Shown here: one piece after another, positions 1-8,248 of the stretch
Position numbering within the stretch: the stretch's first letter is position 1
Layout of the letters: every line of letters starts with the position of its first letter
DNA from: Geotalea uraniireducens Rf4
GTDB lineage: Bacteria > Desulfobacterota > Desulfuromonadia > Geobacterales > Geobacteraceae
Assembly (NCBI RefSeq): GCF_000016745.1
Contig: NC_009483.1
Location: 4,080,001-4,112,000 of the forward strand
Length of the DNA: 32,000 bases
Direction of reading: 5' to 3'
The notes under the pieces: generated by a model
What the model was told of the DNA's origin: nothing
Databases searched by the model: none
What the model saw: the letters and a program-made list of their open reading frames with translations, nothing else
Program-made: the position numbers and the translations under genes

Positions 1-2
1 CG

Positions 3-380
3 AGTTATGCCCAGGGATGGGGACCCGCAGTCGATTGGACGGACCGCGGAAAGGTGGATCAGATGGGCCAGGAGACCCGTGTCCCAACGGGCAATTACAA
101 GGACGTTCTGGTTATTGCCGAGACCAGCCAATCGGAACCGGATGCCGAACAGCTCAAGTACTACGCACGCGGTGTGGGGAATGTACGCGTGGGCTGGAGA
201 GGGGCGGGAGAAAAAACAAAAGAGACACTGGAACTGGTCAAGTTTGAGCAGCTCGGTCCGAAGGCCCTGGCCGAGGTTCGTCAGAAGGCGATGAAACTGG
301 AGAAGAGCGCCTACAAGAACAGCGGGAAGCTGTTCTCTCTGACGCCGCCGGCGGAGCCGATGCCCGGCAGAGCTCAATAA
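3..380 (+). CDS. C-terminal part of a secreted hypothetical protein (5' end outside window); paralogue of the next gene
   Basis: The frame is open from nt 3, with no stop before the listed Met at 54. The C-terminal motif VPTGNYKDVLVIAETS..KYYARGVGNV aligns with TPAGTFDNCLKIRESS..KTYAPGIGLI of ORF 460-1173. I recognise no named family. Confidence 0.5.
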   Translation, partial: SYAQGWGPAVDWTDRGKVDQMGQETRVPTGNYKDVLVIAETSQSEPDAEQLKYYARGVGNVRVGWRGAGEKTKETLELVKFEQLGPKALAEVRQKAMKLEKSAYKNSGKLFSLTPPAEPMPGRAQ

Positions 381-459
381 GTGAATTGTGAATCCGTGAG
401 GGCTCGGGGCTCGATCAGGTTGGCTTTTGATCAGAAAAAAAGAGAAAAGAGATGACAAA

Positions 460-1173
460 ATGATTAAAAAAATGCGTCCGTATTTTCTCATCATGGCTTT
501 AGTTGCCGCTCTGTCTTGTGTCGCAAGCAACCATGCCTTGGCGGAAGAGTGGCTGGAAGATTTCAATTTAGCCGCCCGAAAACTGACTACTACCGGGAAA
601 TCAAAATATTTCGTTCTTGTTCCTGGATTCCAGATTGTTCTGGAATCCCCGACGGAAAAGATCACGATAACGGTGCTTGACGAAACAAAGGAGATAAACG
701 GCATCACCACGAGGGTAGTTGAAGAAAGGGAACTGAAAAACGGAAAGTTGCACGAAATTTCGAGAAACTTCTTTGCCCTGGACCCGAAAACCGGTGATGT
801 TTTTTATTTCGGTGAAGATGTGGATGACTATAAGGAGGGGAAAATCACGAGTCATTCAGGGACGTGGAAGGCGTATGAAAATGGAAACAAACCCGGTCTG
901 ATCATGCCCGGAAATGCTGAAGTCGGGAAAAAGTATTACCAGGAGATCGCGCCGGGCGTAGCAATGGATCGGGCTGAAGTCGTCAGTGTGTCCGAGACGA
1001 TGAAAACTCCGGCAGGAACATTCGATAATTGTTTAAAAATCCGGGAATCTTCAAAAGATAAACCGGCACCGGCAGAATACAAAACTTATGCACCCGGCAT
1101 TGGGTTGATACAAAAAGAAGATGCGAAGTTGATTCGCCATGGATACCTGAAGGGAAAGAGTGCTCCGAAGTAA
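460..1173 (+). CDS. Secreted hypothetical protein, tandem paralogue of the upstream gene
   Basis: The ORF track gives 427-1173 from a TTG. I prefer ATG 460, which gives MIKKMRPYFLIMALVAALSCVASNHALA-EE, a signal peptide with an A-L-A cleavage motif. A purine-rich stretch, agagaaaagag, lies upstream. GC is visibly lower than in the neighbours. Confidence 0.6.
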   Translation: MIKKMRPYFLIMALVAALSCVASNHALAEEWLEDFNLAARKLTTTGKSKYFVLVPGFQIVLESPTEKITITVLDETKEINGITTRVVEERELKNGKLHEISRNFFALDPKTGDVFYFGEDVDDYKEGKITSHSGTWKAYENGNKPGLIMPGNAEVGKKYYQEIAPGVAMDRAEVVSVSETMKTPAGTFDNCLKIRESSKDKPAPAEYKTYAPGIGLIQKEDAKLIRHGYLKGKSAPK

Positions 1174-1201
1174 CATATAAAAACAGAGGAGACAAGATAT
1201 C

Positions 1202-1531
1202 ATGGAATCGAGCAACAGTCGTTTCAGGAAGGGTGCATGGTCTATCGCGGTGGTGATCGTTTCGGTTTTCACCTGGTTCGGCTCGGCCGGTGACCTTTTG
1301 GCGGCGGCCGGGAACAAACCGCGGTTGGAGCAGCCGGTTGCAAAGATCTCAGGGGAAAAGGCGACCGAGATCGCGCTGAAGGAAGTGCCCGGCAAGGTTA
1401 CCTCCGTTGTCATCGAAAGAAAACGCGGCAAGAACGTGTACGTTGTCGAGATCATCGAGAAGAGCAGCGGAGGGGAAGTCGATGTTCTGGTTGATATGAA
1501 GACGGGGAAAGTGTTGGGAACGGAAAGGTAA
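1202..1531 (+). CDS. PepSY domain protein, membrane anchored
   Basis: The N-terminal hydrophobic anchor is WSIAVVIVSVFTWFG. The C-terminal ISGEKATEIALKEVPGKVTSVVIERKRGKNVYVVEI..VDVLVDMKTGKVLG fits the PepSY (PF03413) pattern. RBS agaggaga lies about 9 nt upstream of the ATG. Confidence 0.75.
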   Translation: MESSNSRFRKGAWSIAVVIVSVFTWFGSAGDLLAAAGNKPRLEQPVAKISGEKATEIALKEVPGKVTSVVIERKRGKNVYVVEIIEKSSGGEVDVLVDMKTGKVLGTER

Positions 1532-1592
1532 TGATTAGCACCCCACGCCGCCTCGACGGCGCTTTATCGGGGAAAAACCTCGGTGAAACGCG

Positions 1593-1638
1593 CTTCGACT
1601 CCGCTCAGCGCACGAACGTTCCCTGAGCGGAGTCGAAG
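1593..1638. repeat. REP-like perfect hairpin (16-bp stem, 14-nt loop)
   Basis: cttcgactccgctcag (1593-1608) is the exact reverse complement of ctgagcggagtcgaag (1623-1638). It sits between the PepSY gene and the next gene. No T-run follows it. Confidence 0.7.
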
Positions 1639-1691
1639 GGAACTGAACTTACTCAGAAGTCTGAATTATTTGTACCAAGGAGCTTGCTACC

Positions 1692-2567
1692 ATGAAAAAT
1701 ATGATTCAGGCAATTGGGACGATCGTTGTGATCATCCTCTTTGCCGGCAACGTTTGCGCCCAGGCCCAGGGCAGTCCGGGTACCGAGGAGTTCGGCCTGA
1801 CCCCAAAGCAGCTTGTCCAGTCCATCGAGAAGGTTGAAGCGCTGATCTCCAGGTGCATGCGTGACCATGGGTTTCAGTACGTTCCCGTTGACTATATCAC
1901 GGTGCGCAATGGCATGGGCGCCGACAAAAACATGCCCGGGCTCAGCGAGGAGGAATTCATCAGCAAGTACGGATTCGGCGTTTCGACAATGTACACGGGT
2001 CACCCCCCCCAGCTCGCCACGGGTTACAGTCCGGCCAAGGCAGGCTTGGGTGAACGGAACGTCCAGATCTACAGGAACCTTTCGACTCCTGATCAGGTTG
2101 CCTACAACCGTGCGCTCCTGGGAGAGAATATCGACGCGACATTCGCAGTCGGGCTCGAGACGGAAAACTTTTCGCGCACCGGTGGTTGTACACGCAAGGC
2201 TATCGAACAGGTCTTCAAACCGGAACAATTGAAGGCAACCTACTACAACCCCAAGGACGCCCTGATCAACAAGGACCCGCGTATGAAAGCCGCGCTGAGA
2301 AATTATGCCCGCGAGATGCGCAAGGCCGGTTTCAACTACAATCATCCGGATGAAGCTGAGCCTGACATAAGGGCGCGGCTCGCTGCCCTCACAAGCGGCG
2401 GCACTATCCTGGTCGCAAAGATGTCGCCTGAGCAGTTGGCCGCCCTCAAGAAGCTCCAGGACTATGAGCGGCGGGTAGCTGCGCTGAATTTCAAACTGGA
2501 AAAGAAACTTTTCGACCCGGTTGAAGAGAAGATCGAGCGGGAAAAATATCCTCGTAAAGTTCAATAA
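1692..2567 (+). CDS. Secreted hypothetical protein (291 aa)
   Basis: The signal peptide is MKNMIQAIGTIVVIILFAGNVCAQA-QG. RBS aaggag lies 9 nt upstream. There are two Cys residues and a mostly helical, charged C-terminus. I recognise no family. There is no terminator before the adaptor gene. Confidence 0.6.
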   Translation: MKNMIQAIGTIVVIILFAGNVCAQAQGSPGTEEFGLTPKQLVQSIEKVEALISRCMRDHGFQYVPVDYITVRNGMGADKNMPGLSEEEFISKYGFGVSTMYTGHPPQLATGYSPAKAGLGERNVQIYRNLSTPDQVAYNRALLGENIDATFAVGLETENFSRTGGCTRKAIEQVFKPEQLKATYYNPKDALINKDPRMKAALRNYAREMRKAGFNYNHPDEAEPDIRARLAALTSGGTILVAKMSPEQLAALKKLQDYERRVAALNFKLEKKLFDPVEEKIEREKYPRKVQ

Positions 2568-2663
2568 ACTTCGCCGCCGCACAGGCCCGGCTTCAGCAGC
2601 CCGAACACCTCTTGCTGGTGGACCGGCAGGCTTCCGCAATGCACGGCGTCAGGGGCTTAGATT

Positions 2664-4406
2664 ATGGCAAAAAAACAAACCATCGTCCTATCTGGTGTCC
2701 TGGTGTTTGCCGCTGTTGCTACGGTAGGAGGTTGGGTGGCAAGTACGCGGATTCAATCTCCTGCGGAAATGGCTGCGCGAGCAGCCCCCCCGGTAGCATC
2801 GCCGATTCTCGTCCCGGTGGAGAAACGCGTGCTGAGTTCCAACGTCGTGACGCGTGGCACGGCCCGGTTCGGATTGCCTCAACCGATCTCGATTGTACCG
2901 TCTGCCTTGAAAAAGGACGCGGGATTGATCGCCACGTTGCCTTTACCAAACACTCAGTTCAGGGAAGGGGATGTGATGCTCACCGCTTCCGGGCGTCCCC
3001 TCTTCATTCTTCAGGGCAAGCTCCCGGCCTACAGGGATCTCGTTCCCGGGATCTCCGGCGATGATGTACGCCAGTTGCAGCAAGGGCTCAAGCGCCTCGG
3101 GTATCATCCTGGGCCCATAGATGGTATCTACACGCATCAAACCAGCATCGCGGTGGCCAAATGGTACAAGTCGAAAGGAAGGGAGCCGTTTGGATCGACA
3201 CCGGACCAACTTGCAAGTGTCAGCACCCTCGAACTGGCTTGGACTGATGCGAAAAAAAGCGAGTTGACGGCTGTTGCCGCTGCCGCTGCCGCAGTCCCCG
3301 CCGTAGAAACCGCACGCGCCTCTGCCGAGCGCAACAATAAAGCTGCTGCTGCTGAACTTGCAGCCAAGATGGCGGACCAGCGCAGATTCACGGTGAACCC
3401 GATAACGGGTACGCCTCTGGGAGTAGAAACCGCTCGCGCCACGGCAGACGAAAAGAATAAAGCTGCTGCCGCCGAGTTGGAGGCCAGGATCGCCGAACGG
3501 GCTTTGATCGCGCTGGACCCACGACAACCGGCAACAGCCCGGAAGGCCGCCGATGCCAAACTCGAAGTGGCTCGAGCCGTGTTACGCAGTTCCCAACTGG
3601 AAGGTAAAATGGCCGTCCAGGCCGCGGAACGTGACGACAAGTTGGCCGCCGAGCAATTCAAACTGGCTGAAGCGGCTGTAAAGTCAGTTCGCCTGGAAGG
3701 TGAAATGGCTGTTCGCTCTGCTGTTGACGCACTGAAGATCGCCGAGTTCGATGCCAAGATAGCCCGTGATCGCACCAACCGGCTCGCTGCTGACCTGGCC
3801 AAGGCCGAACGCAAGCTTGGCGTGCAGGTGCCGGTCGATGAGATCGTTTTCATCCCCGAACTGCCTGTGCGCGTAAAGGAGGTCACGGCTCGTGTCGGTG
3901 ACCCGGCGAAGGGTACCGTTTTGTCGGTAACGGATAATAAATTGGCGATCGACGCCTCCCTCCCCTTCGACGCCGCACCGCTGGTCAAGCCGGGGATGCC
4001 GGTTGCCATTGACGAGCAGGCCCTTGGGGTCAAAGCCAAGGGTGTCGTTGAGAGGGTGGCCGATACCCCCGGCACCTTTGGGGCTGACGGATACCATATC
4101 TACTTCGAGGTGCGCGTCATTGAGACGTCGACCCCGCAGATGGAAGGTATCTCCGTGCGCCTCACCATACCGGTCAAATCAACCGGGGGGGCCGTCACTG
4201 TGGTGCCGATCAGCGCACTATCTCTCGCCTCGGACGGGAAATCGAGAGTCCAGGTAAAAAACAAAGGCACACTCGAATACCTTGTCGTCCAGCCGGGACT
4301 GTCCGCCGACGGTTACGTCGAAGTGACTCCCGTTGACAGAACGCTCGAGCCGGGCCGGCTCGTGGTGGTCGGATACGAGAATCCCGAGAAAAGGACGCCA
4401 CCATGA
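2664..4406 (+). CDS. HlyD/MacA-family membrane-fusion (periplasmic adaptor) protein with a PG_binding_1-like domain
   Basis: The N-terminal TM helix is IVLSGVLVFAAVATVGGWVA. GDDVRQLQQGLKRLGYHPGPIDGIYTHQTSIAVAKWYK (about nt 3060-3180) resembles a peptidoglycan-binding domain. A very long Ala-rich coiled coil is followed by a C-terminal beta-rich part typical of adaptors. The stop overlaps the next start (ATGA at 4403-4406). Confidence 0.75.
   Translation: MAKKQTIVLSGVLVFAAVATVGGWVASTRIQSPAEMAARAAPPVASPILVPVEKRVLSSNVVTRGTARFGLPQPISIVPSALKKDAGLIATLPLPNTQFREGDVMLTASGRPLFILQGKLPAYRDLVPGISGDDVRQLQQGLKRLGYHPGPIDGIYTHQTSIAVAKWYKSKGREPFGSTPDQLASVSTLELAWTDAKKSELTAVAAAAAAVPAVETARASAERNNKAAAAELAAKMADQRRFTVNPITGTPLGVETARATADEKNKAAAAELEARIAERALIALDPRQPATARKAADAKLEVARAVLRSSQLEGKMAVQAAERDDKLAAEQFKLAEAAVKSVRLEGEMAVRSAVDALKIAEFDAKIARDRTNRLAADLAKAERKLGVQVPVDEIVFIPELPVRVKEVTARVGDPAKGTVLSVTDNKLAIDASLPFDAAPLVKPGMPVAIDEQALGVKAKGVVERVADTPGTFGADGYHIYFEVRVIETSTPQMEGISVRLTIPVKSTGGAVTVVPISALSLASDGKSRVQVKNKGTLEYLVVQPGLSADGYVEVTPVDRTLEPGRLVVVGYENPEKRTPP
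3303..3495 (+). repeat. Internal tandem duplication inside the adaptor coiled coil (period 120 nt)
   Basis: gtagaaaccgcacgcgcc...aataaagctgctgctgctgaactt starts at 3303 and gtagaaaccgctcgcgcc...aataaagctgctgccgccgagttg at 3423. They encode VETARASAERNNKAAAAELAAKMA and VETARATADEKNKAAAAELEARIA. A second, weaker pair follows downstream: SSQLEGKMAVQAAE and SVRLEGEMAVRSAV. Confidence 0.6.
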
Positions 4407-6370
4407 TCGCGCATGAACTCGACGCAACGCACAGGGTGTTCGAGCTGCGCAAGGTCAGCAAGCAATACGGTAGCGATCCGGCAGTGCACGCACTCGTTGA
4501 TGTTGATCTTTCGCTGGATCGTGGCGAATGGCTGTCAATTACCGGACCTTCCGGCTCAGGAAAGTCGACTCTGCTTAACATCATCGGCTGCCTGGACCGC
4601 CCTACCAGCGGCAGCTATTTCATCGATGGCATAGACACCGCCAACTTGACCGATAAAGAACGAGCCGGCTTGCGGAGTCAACGCATCGGGTTCGTGTTTC
4701 AAGCATTCCACCTGCTGCCTTACCGGACTGTATTGGAAAACGTGATGCTGGCCGAGGTATACCGCAAGCAGCCCAACAGCGGTCGGAGAGCCCGCGCATT
4801 GGCAGCAATCGAGCGGGTCGGGCTCAGTCACCGCGCGGATTTTTTGCCGACGAAACTGTCGGGCGGTGAGAAGCAAAGGGTCGCCATTGCCCGCGCATTG
4901 ATCGGCTCTCCCAGTTTGTTGTTATGCGACGAACCGACCGGAAATCTCGATTCGAAATCTTCTGCAGCCCTGCTCGATCTTTTCGAGAAACTAAACCAAA
5001 ACGGTATTACGCTGGTCATCGTTACGCACGACGAGCATATCGCCGGTCGGGCCGCCCGCCGCGTGCATGTTGTTGATGGTTCCCTGACAGATGTCACCAA
5101 TGAACAGAACGGGAAAAAGTCAACGGGTCCCTCGGCAACGCCTGTGAATACGACCGAACTCCGGTCAGGAATCACGTTCCGTGACCTTCTGCATGAAGGA
5201 CTTGCCGGGATGTTTGCCAGGCCGGTGCGTATGATGCTGACCGTGTTGGGCATTGTCATTGGGCTGACCGCCCTGGTGGCGACGCTGGGCCTGACCCGCA
5301 CCGCCGGCAACCGGATCATCAGCCAGTTTGACCAGCTTGCAGCGACCGAGCTTTTCGTCAAGGCCAGGCCCGGTAGAACAACGGGCATAGTCGATCCAAA
5401 AGCAATTCCATGGGATGCTCCGACTCGTCTTCGCCGTCTGAACGGCGTGGTTGCCGCCGGAACGATTAGCGAGGTTGATGTGGGAGGCGCGCTGGTCAGT
5501 TCGTCGCCCGTGAAAGACCCTCTCAACCAGAGCGCTTTCAAGCTTGCGGTGTATGCCGCGTCCCCCGGTCTCTTCAGAGCGGTCAGAGCTGAACTGAAGA
5601 CGGGACAATTACCGGATCAGGGTCATTCGAATAGAGCGGACAGGGTCGCTGTTCTCGGTCCGGATGCTGCTCTGCGGCTCGGCATTACGGGCCTCGAGCA
5701 ACTTCCGGCGATCTCCATCGGCGATCATCTCTACCTGGTTGTTGGTATCCTGCGCGATGTTGCCCGCAAACCAGAGTTACTCGGGTCCGTCATCATCCCT
5801 GAAGGTAGCGCACGCCGCTATTTCGGGTTGGCCGGTCCCGACACCGTGGTCGTCGAGACAAAGATCGGCGCGGCATACCTCATTGCCGATCAGGCACCAT
5901 TGGCGCTACGGCCCGACGATCCACGGGTTTTGAAGATCGAGGTTCCCCAGGAGCCAAAGCGGGTGCGCGATGAAGTACAAACTGATCTGGATGTCATGTT
6001 TCTCATGCTCGGGGCGTTATCTCTGGTTGTAGGCGCTATCGGCATCGCCAACATTACACTCGTGGGGGTGATGGAGCGGACTGGTGAGATCGGCCTGCGC
6101 CGGGCAATCGGAGCAACACGCGGGCACATCGCGGCGCAGTTTCTGTTCGAGAGTGCCTCGATGGGCGTTATCGGGGGAATCATCGGGGCCGGCATCGGCG
6201 TTCTCATCGTGGTTGCCGTCTCCGCATACCAGGTTTGGACCCCGGTGCTGGACCCTGTGGTCCCCATCCTCGCACCACTTGTCGGCGGCGGGATCGGACT
6301 GTTGTCGGGTACCTATCCGGCATTGCGTGCTGCCCGCCTGGAACCGGTTGATGCGTTCCGGACGGCGTAG
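4403..6370 (+). CDS. MacB-type ABC transporter, fused ATPase and FtsX-like permease
   Basis: ATPase motifs: Walker A GPSGSGKST, signature LSGGEKQRVAIARAL, Walker B LLLCDEPTGNLD, H-loop VTHD. TM1 (MMLTVLGIVIGLTALVATLGL) is followed by a roughly 240-aa extracytoplasmic domain and three C-terminal TM helices. That is MacB topology. Confidence 0.85.
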   Translation: MIAHELDATHRVFELRKVSKQYGSDPAVHALVDVDLSLDRGEWLSITGPSGSGKSTLLNIIGCLDRPTSGSYFIDGIDTANLTDKERAGLRSQRIGFVFQAFHLLPYRTVLENVMLAEVYRKQPNSGRRARALAAIERVGLSHRADFLPTKLSGGEKQRVAIARALIGSPSLLLCDEPTGNLDSKSSAALLDLFEKLNQNGITLVIVTHDEHIAGRAARRVHVVDGSLTDVTNEQNGKKSTGPSATPVNTTELRSGITFRDLLHEGLAGMFARPVRMMLTVLGIVIGLTALVATLGLTRTAGNRIISQFDQLAATELFVKARPGRTTGIVDPKAIPWDAPTRLRRLNGVVAAGTISEVDVGGALVSSSPVKDPLNQSAFKLAVYAASPGLFRAVRAELKTGQLPDQGHSNRADRVAVLGPDAALRLGITGLEQLPAISIGDHLYLVVGILRDVARKPELLGSVIIPEGSARRYFGLAGPDTVVVETKIGAAYLIADQAPLALRPDDPRVLKIEVPQEPKRVRDEVQTDLDVMFLMLGALSLVVGAIGIANITLVGVMERTGEIGLRRAIGATRGHIAAQFLFESASMGVIGGIIGAGIGVLIVVAVSAYQVWTPVLDPVVPILAPLVGGGIGLLSGTYPALRAARLEPVDAFRTA

Positions 6371-6382
6371 CATCATCAAACC

Positions 6383-7933
6383 TTACCACACGGCCGTGAG
6401 CTGCGATAAGACCCCATCCGCGGAGTTGCCGGTACCGCCCTCATGCGTCGCGTAGTCCCAGTTGTGGGAATACTCGATAGCAAATCTGAGATTGTCCAAT
6501 ACCCATTCGCCCACGCCCACGACAACTCGTCTCCTGGGGAGGAACCCAACCCTGCTTGGCTGCCCGTCGGTCACCCGCGTCACTCCCGCCAGATCGCGGC
6601 TCTCCGAATAGCCGATGGCGAGGTAGTTTCCTTGAGCGCCAATCGCCTCGACCCACGGGTTCCAATCGAACTGATAACCCAGTGCGATCTGCCAGGCGGA
6701 GGGCTTTATGCTGACCGACTTTCCCAGATCATCCATAAACTTTGCCCGGCTGATGGCCCCGTTCCACTCGCCAACAAACGATACCGGGCCGAGGGTCGCT
6801 TTGATGCTCGCAGCCATCCCGTCTACGAAACCGATCTGCCCCAGAAAATTATTATATTCGAATCCCAGGAATCGACTGTCGAAAATCGAGCTGTTGTAAT
6901 CCACATCGACATCGACTGACCAGGGACAAAAGTCGGTCCCGCGCAGCTGGTCGTAGGGACGACCGCAATTCCCCCTGGTGTGAAAGCCCGCCGTGGCGTC
7001 AATGTGGTTTTCGGGCCTGAATCCGCCGCGTTTTTCATCCCCCTTAAAGGTGTCGCCATTGAAAGAATAGACACCCACATTGAAAAGAGGAGGAGCCGGC
7101 TTGGGAACGACGGGAGTTGGCGGCGACGGCGGAGGTGGTTTGTAGCCAAGGGCTCTGCCCAATGAGCTGATGAGGGGGTTAATCACCAGTGGCCTGACTG
7201 GTGGCTGAGTTACCGGTGGCGTGGCTGGAGTCAAGGCAGGCGTCGGAAACCCGAGGCCAATCCCGACGGCAGTTTGTCTCATCTCGAATCCTTCGACGGT
7301 CAGGGGGTCTTCAATGGTCAGCACGTCTGCCACGGGGTCGCCTGTCGAGATGCCGAAGGGCAAGATGATCCGGCCCGCAGTCATAAAAAGCGGGAATATC
7401 TGCGGATCGCCGATGGTAATGTTCGCCGTGTCGATACTGATGCGATCCCCTCCCCCCTGTTGGAAGCCCGCGGTCGTCGGAAAGGTAACGTTCGTACCAT
7501 CAATCAATTCCAAGATGAGACTTCCCTTGGTCCAATTGTTTACCTCGATTTCAAAGTCCAGCTGGGCTGTACTCAACGCGAGCACGCCTTCAGACCGACC
7601 GGAAAAATCCTCGGTCCATCCACCGGTCACATCGAGGGTACCGCCCAGGGACACGGACTCGTTGATCTTCGACCCCAATGTTGAAATGGCATCCCGAATG
7701 ATTGAACGGGTTGCGTCCTCCCGGGCGGTTTGCGCGTCCTCCAATTCCTTGACGCGTTGCTCCAGCTCTTTTTCCCTGCTCAGTACCTCTTTTCTTAGAT
7801 TATCCAGAGACTGTTCGGTGAGTATGAAACTTGCCTCACCGGCACTGGCGGCCGCCGCCCAAGACGGAAAGCACAGCGCGAGACACAAGAGCACAACTAC
7901 AGCGACGGGTACGGCCGTTTGACGAATATTCAC
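6383..7933 (-). CDS. Outer-membrane beta-barrel protein, possibly LbtU-like porin family
   Basis: GTG start with GGAGAA 4 nt upstream. The signal peptide is AVVVLLCLALCFPSWA. An N-terminal coiled segment (LRKEVLSREKELEQRVKELEDAQ) precedes the barrel. The segment PLFMTAGRIILPFGIS..DPLTVEGFE resembles what I remember of LbtU-type porins. The C-terminus LSQLTAVW is aromatic, as in BAM substrates. Confidence 0.55.
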   Translation of the reverse strand: MNIRQTAVPVAVVVLLCLALCFPSWAAAASAGEASFILTEQSLDNLRKEVLSREKELEQRVKELEDAQTAREDATRSIIRDAISTLGSKINESVSLGGTLDVTGGWTEDFSGRSEGVLALSTAQLDFEIEVNNWTKGSLILELIDGTNVTFPTTAGFQQGGGDRISIDTANITIGDPQIFPLFMTAGRIILPFGISTGDPVADVLTIEDPLTVEGFEMRQTAVGIGLGFPTPALTPATPPVTQPPVRPLVINPLISSLGRALGYKPPPPSPPTPVVPKPAPPLFNVGVYSFNGDTFKGDEKRGGFRPENHIDATAGFHTRGNCGRPYDQLRGTDFCPWSVDVDVDYNSSIFDSRFLGFEYNNFLGQIGFVDGMAASIKATLGPVSFVGEWNGAISRAKFMDDLGKSVSIKPSAWQIALGYQFDWNPWVEAIGAQGNYLAIGYSESRDLAGVTRVTDGQPSRVGFLPRRRVVVGVGEWVLDNLRFAIEYSHNWDYATHEGGTGNSADGVLSQLTAVW

Positions 7934-8120
7934 GAGTTTCTCCGTGAAAAGATTATAAGAATCCGCATCTTAATTAGATGAAAAGATAACACATAAAGAG
8001 GGAAATTCAACGGTTAAATTAATAAATTATAGTTAAATTTTCTGCGCCATTTTCCTTTGAGCGACTGTACAAACCGCCATTAATAGTTACACTTATCGTT
8101 ACACTGCTTCTGTCCGGCAA

Positions 8121-8201
8121 GGGGGATTTTGCAACCAAATCCCCCCTGCCCCCCCTTTCTTAAAGGGGGGATCTCTCAGCGGAAGATTGGTGCTAATCAG
8201 G
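8121..8201. repeat. GC-rich double-hairpin repeat with one MITE-like terminal motif
   Basis: The first hairpin is gggggattt/aaatccccc (8121-8145). The second is ccccccttt/aaagggggg (8150-8170). The motif gcggaagattggtgctaatcagg (8179-8201) also forms both ends of the element at 10794-10967. Confidence 0.6.
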
Positions 8202-8248
8202 TAATGCTTTGACTTTAATTAATACTCTTCTTCAATAAGGGAAAAGTC

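Noticed and set aside
1653-4075. Long minus-strand ORFs 1653-2639 and 3137-4075
   Set aside because: They are antisense to the secreted 291-aa protein and to the Ala-rich adaptor coiled coil. Their Ala/Ser/Arg-rich translations mirror the sense strand. They have no RBS and no motifs.
8086-8105. Direct repeat gttacact x2 (8086-8093 and 8098-8105) in the divergent porin intergenic region, considered as a regulator site
   Set aside because: Eight nucleotides repeated once is within chance expectation in an AT-rich 300-bp region. I saw no supporting palindrome or further copies.
7934-8248. Sigma-54 (TGGCAC-N5-TTGC) promoter that might have been served by the decayed EBP
   Set aside because: I scanned this and the other intergenic regions by eye and found no GG-N10-GC element with proper spacing. 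The closest strings, for example ttggtgctaatcagg, have the wrong spacing.
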